The notes beneath the pieces are model-generated. The model did not search any database and was not told the DNA's origin. It saw only the letters and a list, made by a program, of their open reading frames with translations. A stretch of DNA of 64,000 bases. Origin: Felis catus (taxonomy: Eukaryota). The position numbers and the translations under genes are program-made. The stretch lies in NCBI RefSeq assembly GCF_018350175.1, contig NC_058382.1, positions 61,692,001-61,756,000 of the forward strand, written 5' to 3'. This document shows, one piece after another, positions 11,736-39,333 of this stretch. Numbering within the stretch: the first letter of the stretch is position 1; every line of letters begins with the position of its first letter.

Positions 11736-12959
11736 CTGAAAAGCAATAAAGGTGCAGAAGAGGCCAGCCAGTGGGCATCTGTCCCACAGAAGGCCCGTTG
11801 CAGTGAGAAGCCACTTTCTTTGTCTCATGTTTCAGTTACCTGGGAGTCTGAGAAAACAGGACTTATTCCAACCTCGTTAATGTTAGTAAGGGTTGCATCT
11901 GTTGTCTCCTCAGTGTTTTCTGGTGTGATGCTCAGGGTCGAGTGCTAGCTGTCAGCTTGCCCACCTCTTCCCTTTTCCCTAGAAATTGGCTCAGCCACGC
12001 ACATTGCCTCCCACGCAGCTGGATGTGACCGTGTGACCACGTTCTCATGGTGGGATCGTGAGGACTGAGGGCTCTGATTTCTGCAGCACTTGTCTTTGTC
12101 CTTCTCAGGTGTGGAAGGTGGACCTGATGGGGAACTCACTTAGACTCTGTGAATGAGGGCAATGACCTTGGGAGGAGAGCAAATTGAGGCTCTATTTGGG
12201 TCTTGGTTTCCCTCAGAGGGGTACGGTGGAGAGTCTGCCGGACAAGACACCCCAGAGAGCTGTATTTAAGGGATGCTCAGCTGACATGCATTGAGAATTT
12301 ACCCAGGACTAGTCGTTGTTCAAAGTGCTTTACATATATTAACCCGACAGCAAAGGGGGTTACTGAGGGGGTCACTACCACAGCCAGGGCTACAAAGTAA
12401 AGAAGTGTCAGAGCTGGGGTCTCACCATGAGTTGTTTCGCTCTGGGTCCTACACTCTTAACATTTGGAGATTGTCTAGAATGTTCCAATCTAGAGTCACA
12501 CAATGCGCTCATTCTCTCTGCTCAGCCCTGTCTGGCCACTTTCTCTCCCCCTGCTGCACCTTTGTCTTTGCTGCAAGAGTCCTGTCTTTTTCCCCTCTAG
12601 AATGGGACTCTTCATTATGCGTCTTTGTAGCTAACAGCAGCGGCAGAAACTGTAACAACAGTCTGCATCTCCCCCCAGTATCGCTGTCTTCCCTGAGCTC
12701 AGAAGCTCCCATCACAGCCTCCTCACCTTGGAACTTGTCCACAGCTGCAGAGCTGGTTCTTAGGTTACAAATCCCAGATCTGTACCCCAGCTCTGCTCTG
12801 CTCTACCCTCTTGACCCTCCTGTGTGGCACCTGGAATATAATAGATGCTCAAAACATGTTCCATAAGTAACTTCAAAAATTAAGTGGCTGTTTGAAATGT
12901 TTAGCAAATGAGATGGCTGCCAGTGCTCCGGCCCCTACGGCCATATAGGAGACACTCGC

Positions 12960-13115
12960 AACATAGTGGGACTCCTGCTCTCTGTCCAAGGGCATCGTCA
13001 CCTTTAGCCATCCTGTTTCTCTGTCCATTATAAACACACCACAAGGAGGTTTGTCAGCCCCCATGCCAGTGATGCTGTAGAAAACCTGGATTTTCTTGCC
13101 TTTGTCAGATTTGAC
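12960..13115 (-). pseudogene. Cadherin-like exon (exon 5 equivalent) with GC donor
   Basis: ttcag|[52 protein letters not shown]|gcgagt; 156 nt. Confidence 0.9.
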
Positions 13116-13221
13116 CTGAAGACAACGCAGAAGCAGAAAAGCAAAGAAGGACCCCAGTGAGGTATGAATCCCTCTCCATAGGGAACCCTAGAACGAAACC
13201 AGAGTCCTCCCTTTGCAATAC

Positions 13222-13365
13222 CTGAGCCACCATTTTTGGGAATGGGCCTTTTTCATTCTCTCTGAAGGAGATGGGAGGGATAACCCAGTCTCTCTTCTGC
13301 CTTCTGAGACCGTAGTGGGCATGAGGGAACATCAGCACCTCCGTCTGGTGTCCAGAGAGAGTACC
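13222..13365 (-). pseudogene. Cadherin-like exon (CDH1 exon 4 equivalent)
   Basis: ttttag|GGT...CAG|gtattg; [48 protein letters not shown]; 144 nt. Confidence 0.92.
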
Positions 13366-13444
13366 CTAAAAGGACAGGACGTGAGGGACCATAGCACAGG
13401 CTTAACCGTTCAATGAAGCCGGCTCTTGTAAACACCCCACTGAC

Positions 13445-13704
13445 CTGCTGGAGGGTCTTGTCGCCGCGTAGATCTTTCACCACCAACCCCAGCTTCTGAG
13501 GTATCTTGGGAGACCCCTCACTAAAAGGCATCCATTGGGCAAGAAGCTGCAAAGCCATTGATGAAGCAGGTTCAGAACACAGGGGACAGTCTTCGGGACA
13601 ATGCCCGTGGTCCAGCCTGGGTGTCACTACTCATTGTTTTGTTTCTTCCCAGAAAACAATGGCTTCCACCTCCACCATGGTCTCCAGGCTTTCCCAACAC
13701 CGTC
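13445..13704 (-). pseudogene. Possible degraded cadherin prodomain exon (exon 3 equivalent)
   Basis: Good acceptor (ccttcctgtccacag) and donor (CAG|gtcagt) 79 nt upstream of exon 4; only weak multi-frame similarity (CFLGRNKT..SDT vs CTGRQRT..LDT). Confidence 0.35.
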
Positions 13705-14224
13705 CTGTGGACAGGAAGGCTGAGAGGGGTGCTCTGAGACATCATGGGAGGGGTTAGGTGGAGTGAACATATTCTTCCTAAATCCATGAGATCAGAGAAC
13801 TTTCTTGAGGACTGAATACAGTGCATGTTTTAGTCTATACCAAAACTAGGCTAAACTCTGGTATACAAACTCTTTCTGGAAACACCTTTCATGTCCACTG
13901 ACAGGGTGTTGGTTCAACCACAGCCCAATCCTGGACATGACGTAGCAGTGAAAACTGCAAGCAAGGTGTTCAGGATATTTTGTGAAGGGAAAGAGGCAGG
14001 TGAGAAAGTTAGATAAAGTAAGATAAAGAAAGTAAGATAGGGGCTCTGGAGGGTTTGTAAAAGAAAAACGTGCAAATATCCAAGCGTGCGTGCAGTTATT
14101 TTTGTTCGATGAACAGAAAAGCTGTAACTTGCTGTATTAATTGATATTCCCTCTGAAAAATGAAATGATTTACTGGGTGGTTTTTATTTTCAGTATTTTC
14201 TTTTATTTATTTTCTTTTATTTAC

Positions 14225-15275
14225 TTATTTTTTTGAAAAAATCTTTATTTTTGAGAGAGAGAAAGAGCATGCACAGGGTAGAGGCAGAGTGAGGGAGGGA
14301 GACATAGAATCCGAAGCAGACTTCAGGCTCCGAGCTGTCAGCACAGAGTCTGATGCAGGGCTCGAACCCACAAACTGCAAGATCATGACCTGGGTGGAAG
14401 TTGGATGCTTAACCGACTGAGCCACCCAGGCGCCCCGTATTTACTTATTTTTTAATGTTTATTTGTGTGTGTGAGAGAGAGGCAGGGGAGGGGCAGAGAG
14501 AAAGCGGGGACAGAGGATCCGAAGCAGGCTCTGTGCTGACAGGAGTGAGCCCGAGCTCCATGTGGGGCTCAGACTCAGGAACTGCAAGATCATGACCTGA
14601 GCTGAAGTTGGATGCTCAACCAACTGAGCTACTCAGGTGCCCCATTATTTTTAAAGATTTTATTTTATCTTTAATTTTTTTTTTTGTTTATTTATTTTTG
14701 AGAGAGAGGGAGAGAGTGTGAGTGTGGGAAGGGCAGAGAGAGAGGGAGACACAGAATCTGAAGCAGGCTCCAGGCTCTGAGCTGTCAGCACAGAGCCCGA
14801 TGCAGGGCTCAAACTTGTGAACCGCGAGATCACGACCTGGGCTGATGTCAGATGCTTAACCAACTGAGCCACCCAGGCGCCCCTAAAGATTTTATTTTTA
14901 AGTAATCTCCACACCCAAAGTGGGGCTCAAACTCAGGACTCAAGAGTCACATTTACTACCGATTGAGCCAGCTAGGCATCCCTGTGTTTTCTTAACTTTA
15001 AAAATCATAGCCACTGCATATTATCAGAAAAAAAACAACCAAGTTGTTGCTGTGAAGTATGAGAGCAGGGCACCTGGGTGGCTCAGTTGGTTAAGCGTCC
15101 GACTTTGGCTTGGGTCATGATCTCGAGGTTCCGGGAGTTCGGGCCCTGCATCAGGCTCTGTGCTGGCAGTTCTGAGCCTGGAGCCTGCTTAGGATTCCCT
15201 GTCTCCCTTTCTCTCTCTGCCCCTCCCCTGCTTGCACTCTGTCTCTCTCTCTCACAAAATAAATAAACATTAAGT
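14225..15275. mobile_element. Cluster of five CAN-SINEs (four minus, one plus at ~15067-15272)
   Basis: Repeated SINE heads and tails; boundaries approximate. Confidence 0.9.
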
Positions 15276-18200
15276 TTTGTTTTTTTTTAAGTATGAGAGC
15301 TTGCAAAATAAGATCTTAAAGTGCATGTATCAAAATGTTATAGGATTTTTCTCTGGGTGATGAGATTAATAGCCTCTTATAAAAAAGTATCTTAAAAAAC
15401 TGTCTTTAGTAAATTTTAAGCAGTTTCATAATCTTTGAGGACAGCATCTGTGGGTGACATTACTCCACAGTGATAGGTCTTGTTTCAGATACTGGCTGGG
15501 TAATAGGACTGGGGCCAGATGGAGTGGAGTCTGAGACTCGAAGACAAATTTATTAAGTTTCAGATAAGCTTACTCTCCTGTGTTGCTTGGCTTCGGTTAG
15601 GCTTGTCCTCACCCCAGATGTGGAGAGCGTTCTGCGGTTCTGGGTTCTTTGTCAACTGTCCTGGTGAGTGATGCCCTCACCTGCCCAGCTATTGTTCCCA
15701 AAGAAGCCGGTAATGTCCCTACCTGGATGGCAGACAAGCAGAACAGAAAGCAGGTGGGGCCGGCCATAGCTGTGGTACGTGCTGTGGTCACAGAGTGGTG
15801 TGGGCCAGAGGCCGCTGGCCACACCGTTCTGTTGCCTCAGCTGCTGACATCCTGTGGCCCAAGGACTATTGACCTACGCGTCCATTGCAATCACAGCGTC
15901 AGGGGGAGGTGCTGGGAAGCCAGCAGGTGCAGAGGCCCACCAGGTGTCACAGGAACAGGACAGTGGCCTCAGCTAAGGGCTTCTCAGCTGTCTACCAGGG
16001 AACAGAGACTTGGAATCCAGCGGATGTCAGTTAGCAGTCATACCTCTGAGCCTCCTCGTCAAAATGAGGATGATGGCCGCCGGCAGCTGGTGGTTGGGCA
16101 GGAGGGGGAAATTAACACTTAGCTTCATTGCACGAGGTGATCTGGGACCTTGTGAAATAGTGAGAGCAAGGCTGAAGCCACTTTGGGCGTCATCCGCCGT
16201 AATTTTCACAGGACAGGTCAACCCTGTTCTGTGAAGGTGGGAGTGCACAAAGGTGTGGTAATGAGAGGTAGATTTTGGGGGGCCATCTTGCAGGCTGGTG
16301 GCCACACTGGCAATGAGGTTTTGCCGAAGGGGAGGAAGAAGGAACAGACCTGTCCTCATCTTGAAGTGATCAGCTTCCCAGAAGAGTTTCAGGTCAGTTC
16401 TGGTGGGAAATGGAGGCAGGAATCACCTGGCAGCTTGGGGCTTCTCCTCCCCCTATATTGTGAGCTCCTCTGCCAGCATCATTCCTAACTCTGCCCCTTG
16501 TGCAATGGCTCATGCTAAAGTCACAGAACATTGAGGGTTGGGCTGCTTTCTCAGCATGAGGCTTTACAGGGAAGAGAATTGTCCCCTCTTCCTATAGGGA
16601 AAGAAAGCCACAAATACTCACCTTCCCTTACAAAAGCATAAGGGACTAGAGAAAATAATAATGAATATTTATTATTGAAATCCACATAGTTTATGTAGAG
16701 AATGTTCGCAAGCCAGGCACAGGGAGAGGGACAGAAGGATCACTGTTGGAAGTCATGGGGTTTGGGTGCCCCCTGGATGGCCCATACTCCTTTTGGTATC
16801 TCCTGTAAAGTGTGGGACTTGGGATTTAGCCTCCATGAAGCCATCCTAGTAGGAACTGGACTGAGATGCATACGATTCCTCAGAAGCAGGAAGCTAACTC
16901 CTGCAGGAGGGATGTGATAGTGGCTCTCGTTCATTGTGCTTCCTAGAACACCATTGCCTCCTCTTTGTATTGGAAGTCAGTTCTGGTTCTAAGAAAAGAT
17001 GTCAACATCCCCACTCACCCAGTAGTGCATGTAACATGCTTATTTCATGTTCACTTGCAGTCTTGCTACTTCCACCCATTGTGTCCCTGGGAATTGTGTG
17101 CTCCTGGGGCAGGTGGATCTTACATGTGAATGGGTGGCCGTTCACTTGTGCATATCTGCCCTGCTCACAGCATGCTCCACTGTCCTTTCAGACTTCACTT
17201 ACCATGCAGAAGTCTAAAGATAAAATAGTTAAGAATTTCAGATGACCACAGCTGTGCATTAAACCATATGGGGCCCGGGCACAAGGTAAGTGTACTGTAG
17301 AAGCTGCTGAGCCATGGGCTCTGTGAACATTGTATGCAGATGGGCCAGTGAGTGAGATCAGAGACTCACTTACTGTACGTCCAGTTCCTGCAGATGCTGA
17401 CCCCACAGTCTCTTCTCAGGAAGGGCCGGGTGAGCGTCTAGTTTTACAGGTTATTGTCAGTACTGCCTGCCTGTGTTGAGGGGGGTTCAGAGCTGCTCAG
17501 GCTCAGTGAGAAGAGCAGTGGCCTGGAGGGAGATGGACCCACCCACTTTGCATCCCTGACCTCACAGCTCTTTCTCAGGGTAGCTGAGTCTGTTCAGAGA
17601 AAGCACTGGTGTCTGTCCAATTTATGAATCTGGCTCCCCGCCCCCACCCTACCTACTCTTTTTATCTTCCTTGTGCCGCGCTAAAGCCCTTGAAGACATG
17701 GGCATTGAAAGTTGTGCAAAAGAGAGAGTAACAAAGAGGGAGGGACTTGTATTCTTGGCATCTCTGTACCAGATTCTGCCTATGCTTACTCAACTTTGAA
17801 CATCAAACCAAGGGCTGGGGTCACCATTCCCATTCTCCAGCTTATAAAACAGGCACAGAGAGGTTGAGTATCTTGCTCTATGTCACACAACTGGTGAGGG
17901 CAGATCTGAGAATCAAACCCACTGTGGGCTGATATGGAATTCATGTGCTGTGCACCTGATGCCAGCAAGGAGAGAGTGAGAGAGAGGAGGTGCCCCAGAC
18001 TGAGCCAGGCACATGGATGTACATACACATAGGTATGTATACATACACATGTGTGTGTCCCTCCCCCCACCCGGTATTCACCTCTGAGGCTACAAGGGAG
18101 GAGGGACACCAAGAGAGGAGCCGTGAGAAGCCAAGGGAGGAGGGTGGCAGCAAAGGACAGGCGTCTATTAGGGGAAAACACCATGCTTCCCAGGAGACTA

Positions 18201-18435
18201 GGGCATTCCCTTCCCTGATGAGTCTGTCTCAAATCTTAAATTTCTCTCCCTGGCCCAGAAATTCTCTACTGGTCTAACTAGATTCACTCCTGACTTACAC
18301 CTTTCCAGGGGTTAAGTTCCTGTGGAGACCTGGGCCAAGAGCATGAGTTCTCTGGCCCTCCTGGACCCTTCTGCTTTCAGTGATAAGGGGGGAAGAGGTA
18401 CATGATGTGGAGTTTGGATTTGAATGCACACAAAA

Positions 18436-18441
18436 TTTATT
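18436..18441 (-). terminator. PRDM9: Candidate PRDM9 polyadenylation signal AATAAA
   Basis: TTTATT on plus, ~190 nt after the stop codon. Confidence 0.5.
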
Positions 18442-18629
18442 AGAACAAGAGGCCAAAAAACCATGGAGGGGATTGGCGTCAACATCCCCAGAAACACTCA
18501 AGGAACCTTCCCCCGTTTGTATACCTCATCTCTTGCCCTGAAAGTAGAGGATTTGTTTAACCTGTTATATCTGCTCTCATTATATTCTTGGGGAGTGTAA
18601 GGGGTCAGTAGGCTTCTTCTGAACCTCCC

Positions 18630-34185
<15,556 letters not shown>

Positions 34186-34659
34186 GAGTCTCTTTGTCCT
34201 AAGGCCAAGGCACCTGTGGAAGGAGAAGGTGCTGACAGGGGGTGACAGCGCAGACCACTGCCCAGACCCATGTCTGTTTTCTCCATCTGGGTGGGGTACC
34301 CGGAAAAGATGTGGGCAGCCCAGGGAGGATTAGGAGATGCAGGGGAAACCTGCGGGTAGTGATGGGATGGAGAACCTCTCCTGGCAACGACAGGCCATTC
34401 TAACGTGAGCTAGATTTTGTTTCTTTTATTCTACTGCGGCTCGGCCCCTATGAGGAAAGGTCGCAAAGGGATGTGGCTGTGGGCGTTTGGTTAGAGTCCT
34501 GAGGTGCCAGGCCAGAGGAGTACCAAGGAGGCCTGGAGGCCCCTGAGTGCCGGCCCGTTCCGGGGAGAGTAAGTGAATATTTCTCAAAGAAGCGCTTCTT
34601 GGGATGTGCACCTGGGGATTCTGGAAAAATCTGGTATACACAGGCTCAGTCTCTAAGGG

Positions 34660-35300
34660 ACAGAGATGTCTCAGGGTGAGGAGATGTGGTCTCTCGCAGG
34701 CTGAGGGAATTGGGGTTTCTTAAGTCAAGGGGATTTGGGGCCTCAACATGAGGACACTTAGGGTTCCTCAGGCTGATGATATTGGCAGTCTCTCAGGACG
34801 AGATTTGGGTCTTTCTGGCTGAAGAGGTTTAGAACGCTCAGGTTGAGAGGATTTGGGATCTTTGAGACTGAGGAAATGCTAAGTCATATTCTGAGGAGAT
34901 TTGGACTCTCTCATTAACGGGCTTTAGGTTTCCTGACATTGAGGTTATTTGGGGTCTTTGAAGCCGAAAGGATTTAAGAGTTCACAGGCAGGGGCTGTTC
35001 AGGACATTGGGGAAATTCGTTCTCTCTGTGGGTGTTACGTTTCAGGCTCCTCGGGCTGAGGACATTTGGGGGTCTAAGAATTGGGGGGGTTAGCGTTTCT
35101 CCGGGTGACGCGATATGAGGTTTCTGCAGCTGAGCTGCTTTGGGGTCCAATGCTGAGGAGACGTGAAGTTCCACGAAGTTAGCGGATTCGGGTTCCCTGA
35201 CGGCGGCGGGATTGGGTGTCCCTTGAGGCTGAGGGGATTTGGAGCCTTTCAGGGTGAGGGGATCTAGGGTCTCCCAGGCGGGCTTTGAAGGGCTCAGGAT
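34660..35300. repeat. Degenerate ~24-25-bp tandem repeat in PRDM9 intron 1
   Basis: Consensus close to CTCAGGCTGAGGGGATTTGGGGTCT, roughly 25 diverged copies. Confidence 0.7.
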
Positions 35301-35329
35301 CAGGGTTTACAAGGGTTTCACACGGCACG

Positions 35330-35830
35330 GCAAAGTCCTCGCTGTTTTCGTCAGTCTACCCGGCCTCTCTCGTTGCCCACCCGGATCTGCCGCCCGCTCC
35401 TGAGCCCCGGAGCGCTGTGTGCCGGGTGAGAGTCAAGACACAGCGGAGGGCGAGATACCCGCTTATACCGCCCTGTCAGGCAGGAGCCACCAATCAGCGC
35501 TGCAATCGAAGCGGTCCCTCCAATTGGCGGTCAGGAGGGGTCTGATGGGGCGGAGCGTAGGGCGAGCCGTGTGTGTCAGTCATTGGCCGAACGCCACCCC
35601 TGTGGATGCTCCCGCCCCACCCCGCGGGGATTGGCTGCTCTGAGTCCAGCGCGTGTCTCTCAAGAAGGCTCCCCCCGCCCCCCCACCCCGGGCATTCTGG
35701 TAGTTTTCATCACTTCCCTTCCGTACCCGCCCCCCTCACGTTGGTGAAGGACGCGCAGGGCCGGAGACTGCGCAGGGCGTCCTGCCGCGCAGGCTGAGTT
35801 TGGAGCGTTGAGCTGACGGCAGGGCTTTAG
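35330..35830 (-). promoter_or_regulatory. PRDM9: CpG-island promoter and non-coding exon 1 of PRDM9
   Basis: CpG-dense; CCAAT/ATTGG at 35490, 35520, 35582 and 35630; GC box 35547-35555; TCCCGCC 35610-35616; candidate donor near 35380; exact TSS not determinable. Confidence 0.75.
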
Positions 35831-36192
35831 GGTGGACATAGGCATCCTGTGTTCTGAAAAGATTCTTTCTCTACCAGACTTTTATCAGGCTCTGGAAGGG
35901 TCTCCTAGGCCCATCTGTCCCCGTCCTTGTAAAATCCACTTTTAGCGAGAGCTGTATGACCCGTTAGTATATAGTGAATATCGTATTACATTCAGGGGAC
36001 AACTATGTAATTAAGTATTGTCTGGTGAGACGGTGTGTAGAGACACCAAATAAAATCTCTATGGCTCAAAGATTTAAACCCAACAAATGGAATAGTAAGT
36101 ATATTAGAAAACAACTCGGGGGTCGGATTCCTAATGAAAAGTAGAAGTGGCATTCGTGAGTAATAGGCGTGTTTAGATAATGCAGGTCCAAA

Positions 36193-36295
36193 GTGCTCGC
36201 TTGGCAGCACGTAGACTACAATTGGAACAATATAGAGAAGATTAGCATGGCCCCTGTGCAAGGATGATACACAAAACTTTGAAGCATTCTATATT
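36193..36295 (+). pseudogene. RNU6: U6 snRNA retropseudogene (full length, diverged)
   Basis: GTGCTCGCTT-GGCAGCAC...GAGAAGATTAGCATGGCCCCTG...ATATT followed by A7; ACAGAGA box mutated to ATAGAGA. Confidence 0.93.
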
Positions 36296-36489
36296 AAAAA
36301 AAGTCGAGAAGTGAGAAGACGTAAGTAAAATCAAAGAAAAAATGAAAAAAATTCGAGTATTTTGCATAAAAATAAGGCATCAAATACAGGACAATGAGTC
36401 CACGGGGGGAGGGGGGGGAGGGGCACTGGCTTTCAGAAGATAAAAAGGGAAGAGTGTTTCTGACCCTTACCAAGTTTTTTTTTTTGTTT

Positions 36490-37370
36490 TTTTTGTTTTA
36501 ATTTTTTTAATGTTTATTTCTCTGTGGCAGAGCATCAATGCGGGAGGGGCAGAGAGAGAGGGAGACACAGAATCTGAAACAGGCTCCAGGCTCCCAGCTT
36601 TTGGCACAAAGCCCGACCCGGGGCTTGAACTCACAGTTGGCGGGACCATGACCGGAGCTGAAGTCAGACGCTTCACCGACTGAGCCACCCAGGCATCCCT
36701 GACCCTTACTAAGTTTTGGTCACAGAAACTAACATGATTTCCTTGTACATGAAGTAGGCCTTCTTTCCAAGGAAGGAATGTAAGACTCCAGGCAAGGTCA
36801 CCCGGGCAAGTGGACTGCTCCCTCTGCTGTCATGAAGGTAATGGCAGACCAGAACTTTAAGGGCCCACAGACCTCTCAGGTTCCTGCAAGAATGGTGCTG
36901 GGAGTAGAGGCAACATTGAAAGAGCGGGGAGTTTTTAGAAACTGGGAGACCATCTCTGTGTTTGCAGATGTTTTGGGAGTTGCTGCTACCCTGACTGGTC
37001 AGCTGAGAGTTGCTAGCAGATCTTGTGCAGGAGCATCTATGTGGTCCCTGTTGTTGGCTTTGCTGTTCAAAGAAACATGAGACTTTTTTTTTTAAATTTT
37101 TTTAACGTTTATTTATTTTTGAGACAGAGAGAGACAGAGCATGAACAGACAGAGCATGAGGGTCAGAGAGAGGGAGACACAGAATCTGAAACAGGCTCCG
37201 GGCTCTGAGCTGTCAGCACAGAGCCCGATGCGGGGTTCGAACTCACGGACCGAGAGATCGTGACCTGAGCCAAAGTTGGACGCTTAACCGACTGAGCCAC
37301 CCAGGCGCCCTGAGACTTTTTTTTTTTTTTTAACATTTATTTTGAGAGAGAGAAGTGAGGGGGGAGGGGC

Positions 37371-37407
<37 letters not shown>

Positions 37408-38555
37408 CCTAAGCAGGCTCAGGGCTGGCAGCCCAGAGCCTGATGGGAGTGGGGGTGGGGTTCCAACCCAGGGAACTATGAGATCATGACCTGAGCTGAA
37501 ATCAAGATTCGGAAGCTTTACCAACTGAGCTACCCAGGCGAAACAGGAGACTTTATTTTTTTTAATTTTTATTGTATTAAAAATTTTGAAGTTTATTTAT
37601 TTATTTTGAGAGAGACAGAGTCAGCACAAGTGGGGGAGGGACAGAGATAGAGGGAGACAGAGAATCCCAAGCAGGCTCCACACCATCAGCCCGGAGCCCG
37701 ACATGGGGCCTGAACCCACAAAACCGTGGTGAGGTCATGACCCGAGCTGAAATCAAGAGTCGGACACTTAACCGACTGAGCCACCCAGGCGCCCCAAAAC
37801 AAGAGACTTTAAAAAGGCAAAAGCTTGATCTTCAGGTGCTCAATGTTTACCTTAAATATAAAACTGCTAGTTATTTTACCAGCAAAAATGGCTTTATTCT
37901 GGAATAGCAGGGAATTGCACTCCAGGACTAGCAAGCCCAGGAAAAACCACAGGCCAGTCTTCAGAACAAATAAGTGGATGACTCTTGCATACAGAAGGGG
38001 GATTTGGGAAGGGTATTGATAAACAAAAAGTTCATTAGAGTAAAGGGAGTTGTAGTGGCTTCTCATTGGCTGACCTATGACTGTCTCTCTTGTCTGGGCT
38101 GTTGTGAAGAAACCATCCTTCCTCCTGCTGAGGTAGCATCCACTTGCAAGATGGTCTCTTCCTGTTGGATAAGATACTATGGAGTAAAAGGTTCCATTTA
38201 AATAGCAAAACTAAAACAAATAAAGCACTGTCAAAAAAAAAAAAAACAACCCTCCCAAACTAAGATACACTTGGCAACAAATAAGGAAAATACAAAAGAA
38301 TGACAGAGAGAAAAGAAGTCGATGGAAAGACATAATGTGTTGGTTTTTTTTTTTTACCTTTTTTTTGAGAGAGAGACACACACACAACATGAGCAGGGGA
38401 GGGGCAGGGGGAGAGGGAGACACAGAATCCCAAGCAGGTTCCAGGTTTTGAGCTGTTAGCACAGAGCCTGACTCAGGGATCGAATCCACGAAAGGGGATA
38501 TCATGACCTGGGCCGAAGCTGTACGCTTAACTGACTGAGCCACCCAGGTGCCCCA
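36490..38555 (-). mobile_element. Series of minus-strand CAN-SINEs (~36490-36700, 37085-37310, 37320-37540, 37590-37796, 38355-38555)
   Basis: SINE consensus; several have flanking target-site duplications (e.g. TGAGACTTTT). Confidence 0.88.
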
Positions 38556-38763
38556 TGTTCTTGAACAGAAATACGGAGACTTATAAATATGTCAGGTCTC
38601 CATATGTTAATGTAAATTTTAATGTTATTCCAATAAAATAACAATGTAATTTATGGAATTTTCCAAGCTCATGAAATGGTTTTGTGTAAAAATAAACTCG
38701 AATAGCAAGGAAACTTGAAAATAATTAAAAGTAGTGGGTGGGCTAGCCTGTCAGATATTAATA

Positions 38764-39333
38764 TTTTTTTTCCTTTAGAATTATTTTATTAAATCATAGG
38801 TGTACAACAGCTTCTTTACACACTCAAAATTTTTTAAAGGAAAAATATGTCTTACTACACCATGATCCTGGGTAATAGCTTTTCAAAACTTGGAGAAAAA
38901 TCTTAAAAAAGGTTTCACGTGTCATCTGAGACTTACAAATTTAACATTATCAAAGAAGGAATGCTTCTACATTCTTACAAAACCACAAGAAAGAAATAAC
39001 GATTCGGGGCACCTGGGTAGTTCAGTCGGTAGAGCCTCCCGACTTTGTCTGGGTTCATGATCTCATGGTTTGTGGAATTGAGCCCCACGTCAGCATGGAA
39101 CCTGCTTCGGATCCTCTGTCCCCCTCTTTCTGCCCCTCCACTTGTGCTTTTCTGTCTCTCAAAAATAACTAAGCATTAAAAAACAAAACAAAACAAATAA
39201 AAGAATCAACAATTAAAAAGCTAAGAAAGACTTTTTTCTTTTTTAACAATTCTTCCTCCACAGTAACGTGCTGTTATTAAACAATCCGTTCACAAAATGG
39301 CTGTCTGCATCTGTCCTGGTGTCTTCTGCCATC
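38764..39333 (-). pseudogene. HNRNPA2B1: 5'-truncated processed retrocopy of the HNRNPA2B1 3'UTR, interrupted by a plus-strand SINE (~39006-39200)
   Basis: Minus strand ATGGCAGAAGACACCAGGACAGATGCAGACAGCCATTTTGTGAA...AGAAGCATTCCTTCTTTGATAATGTTAAATTTGTAAG...GATTTAATAAAATAATTCTAAAGGAAA(A)n matches the HNRNPA2B1 3'UTR as recalled; TATTAA(T/C)ATT on both flanks. Confidence 0.8.

Larger units (their letters stand above)
4334..13365 (-). pseudogene. Unprocessed E-cadherin (CDH1)-like type I cadherin pseudogene, exons equivalent to CDH1 exons 4-9 (propeptide end, EC1-EC3)
   Basis: Six exons with cadherin peptides and CDH1-like phases; sizes 144/156/145/181/128/183 vs CDH1 144/156/145/176/129/183 (recalled); furin site [12 protein letters not shown]; lesions in the exon 5 donor, exon 7 and exon 8. 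Confidence 0.88.

Noticed and set aside
4334..13365. Calling the cadherin the true CDH1 or CDH3
   Set aside because: Too diverged, HAV reads HAA, and it carries multiple disabling lesions
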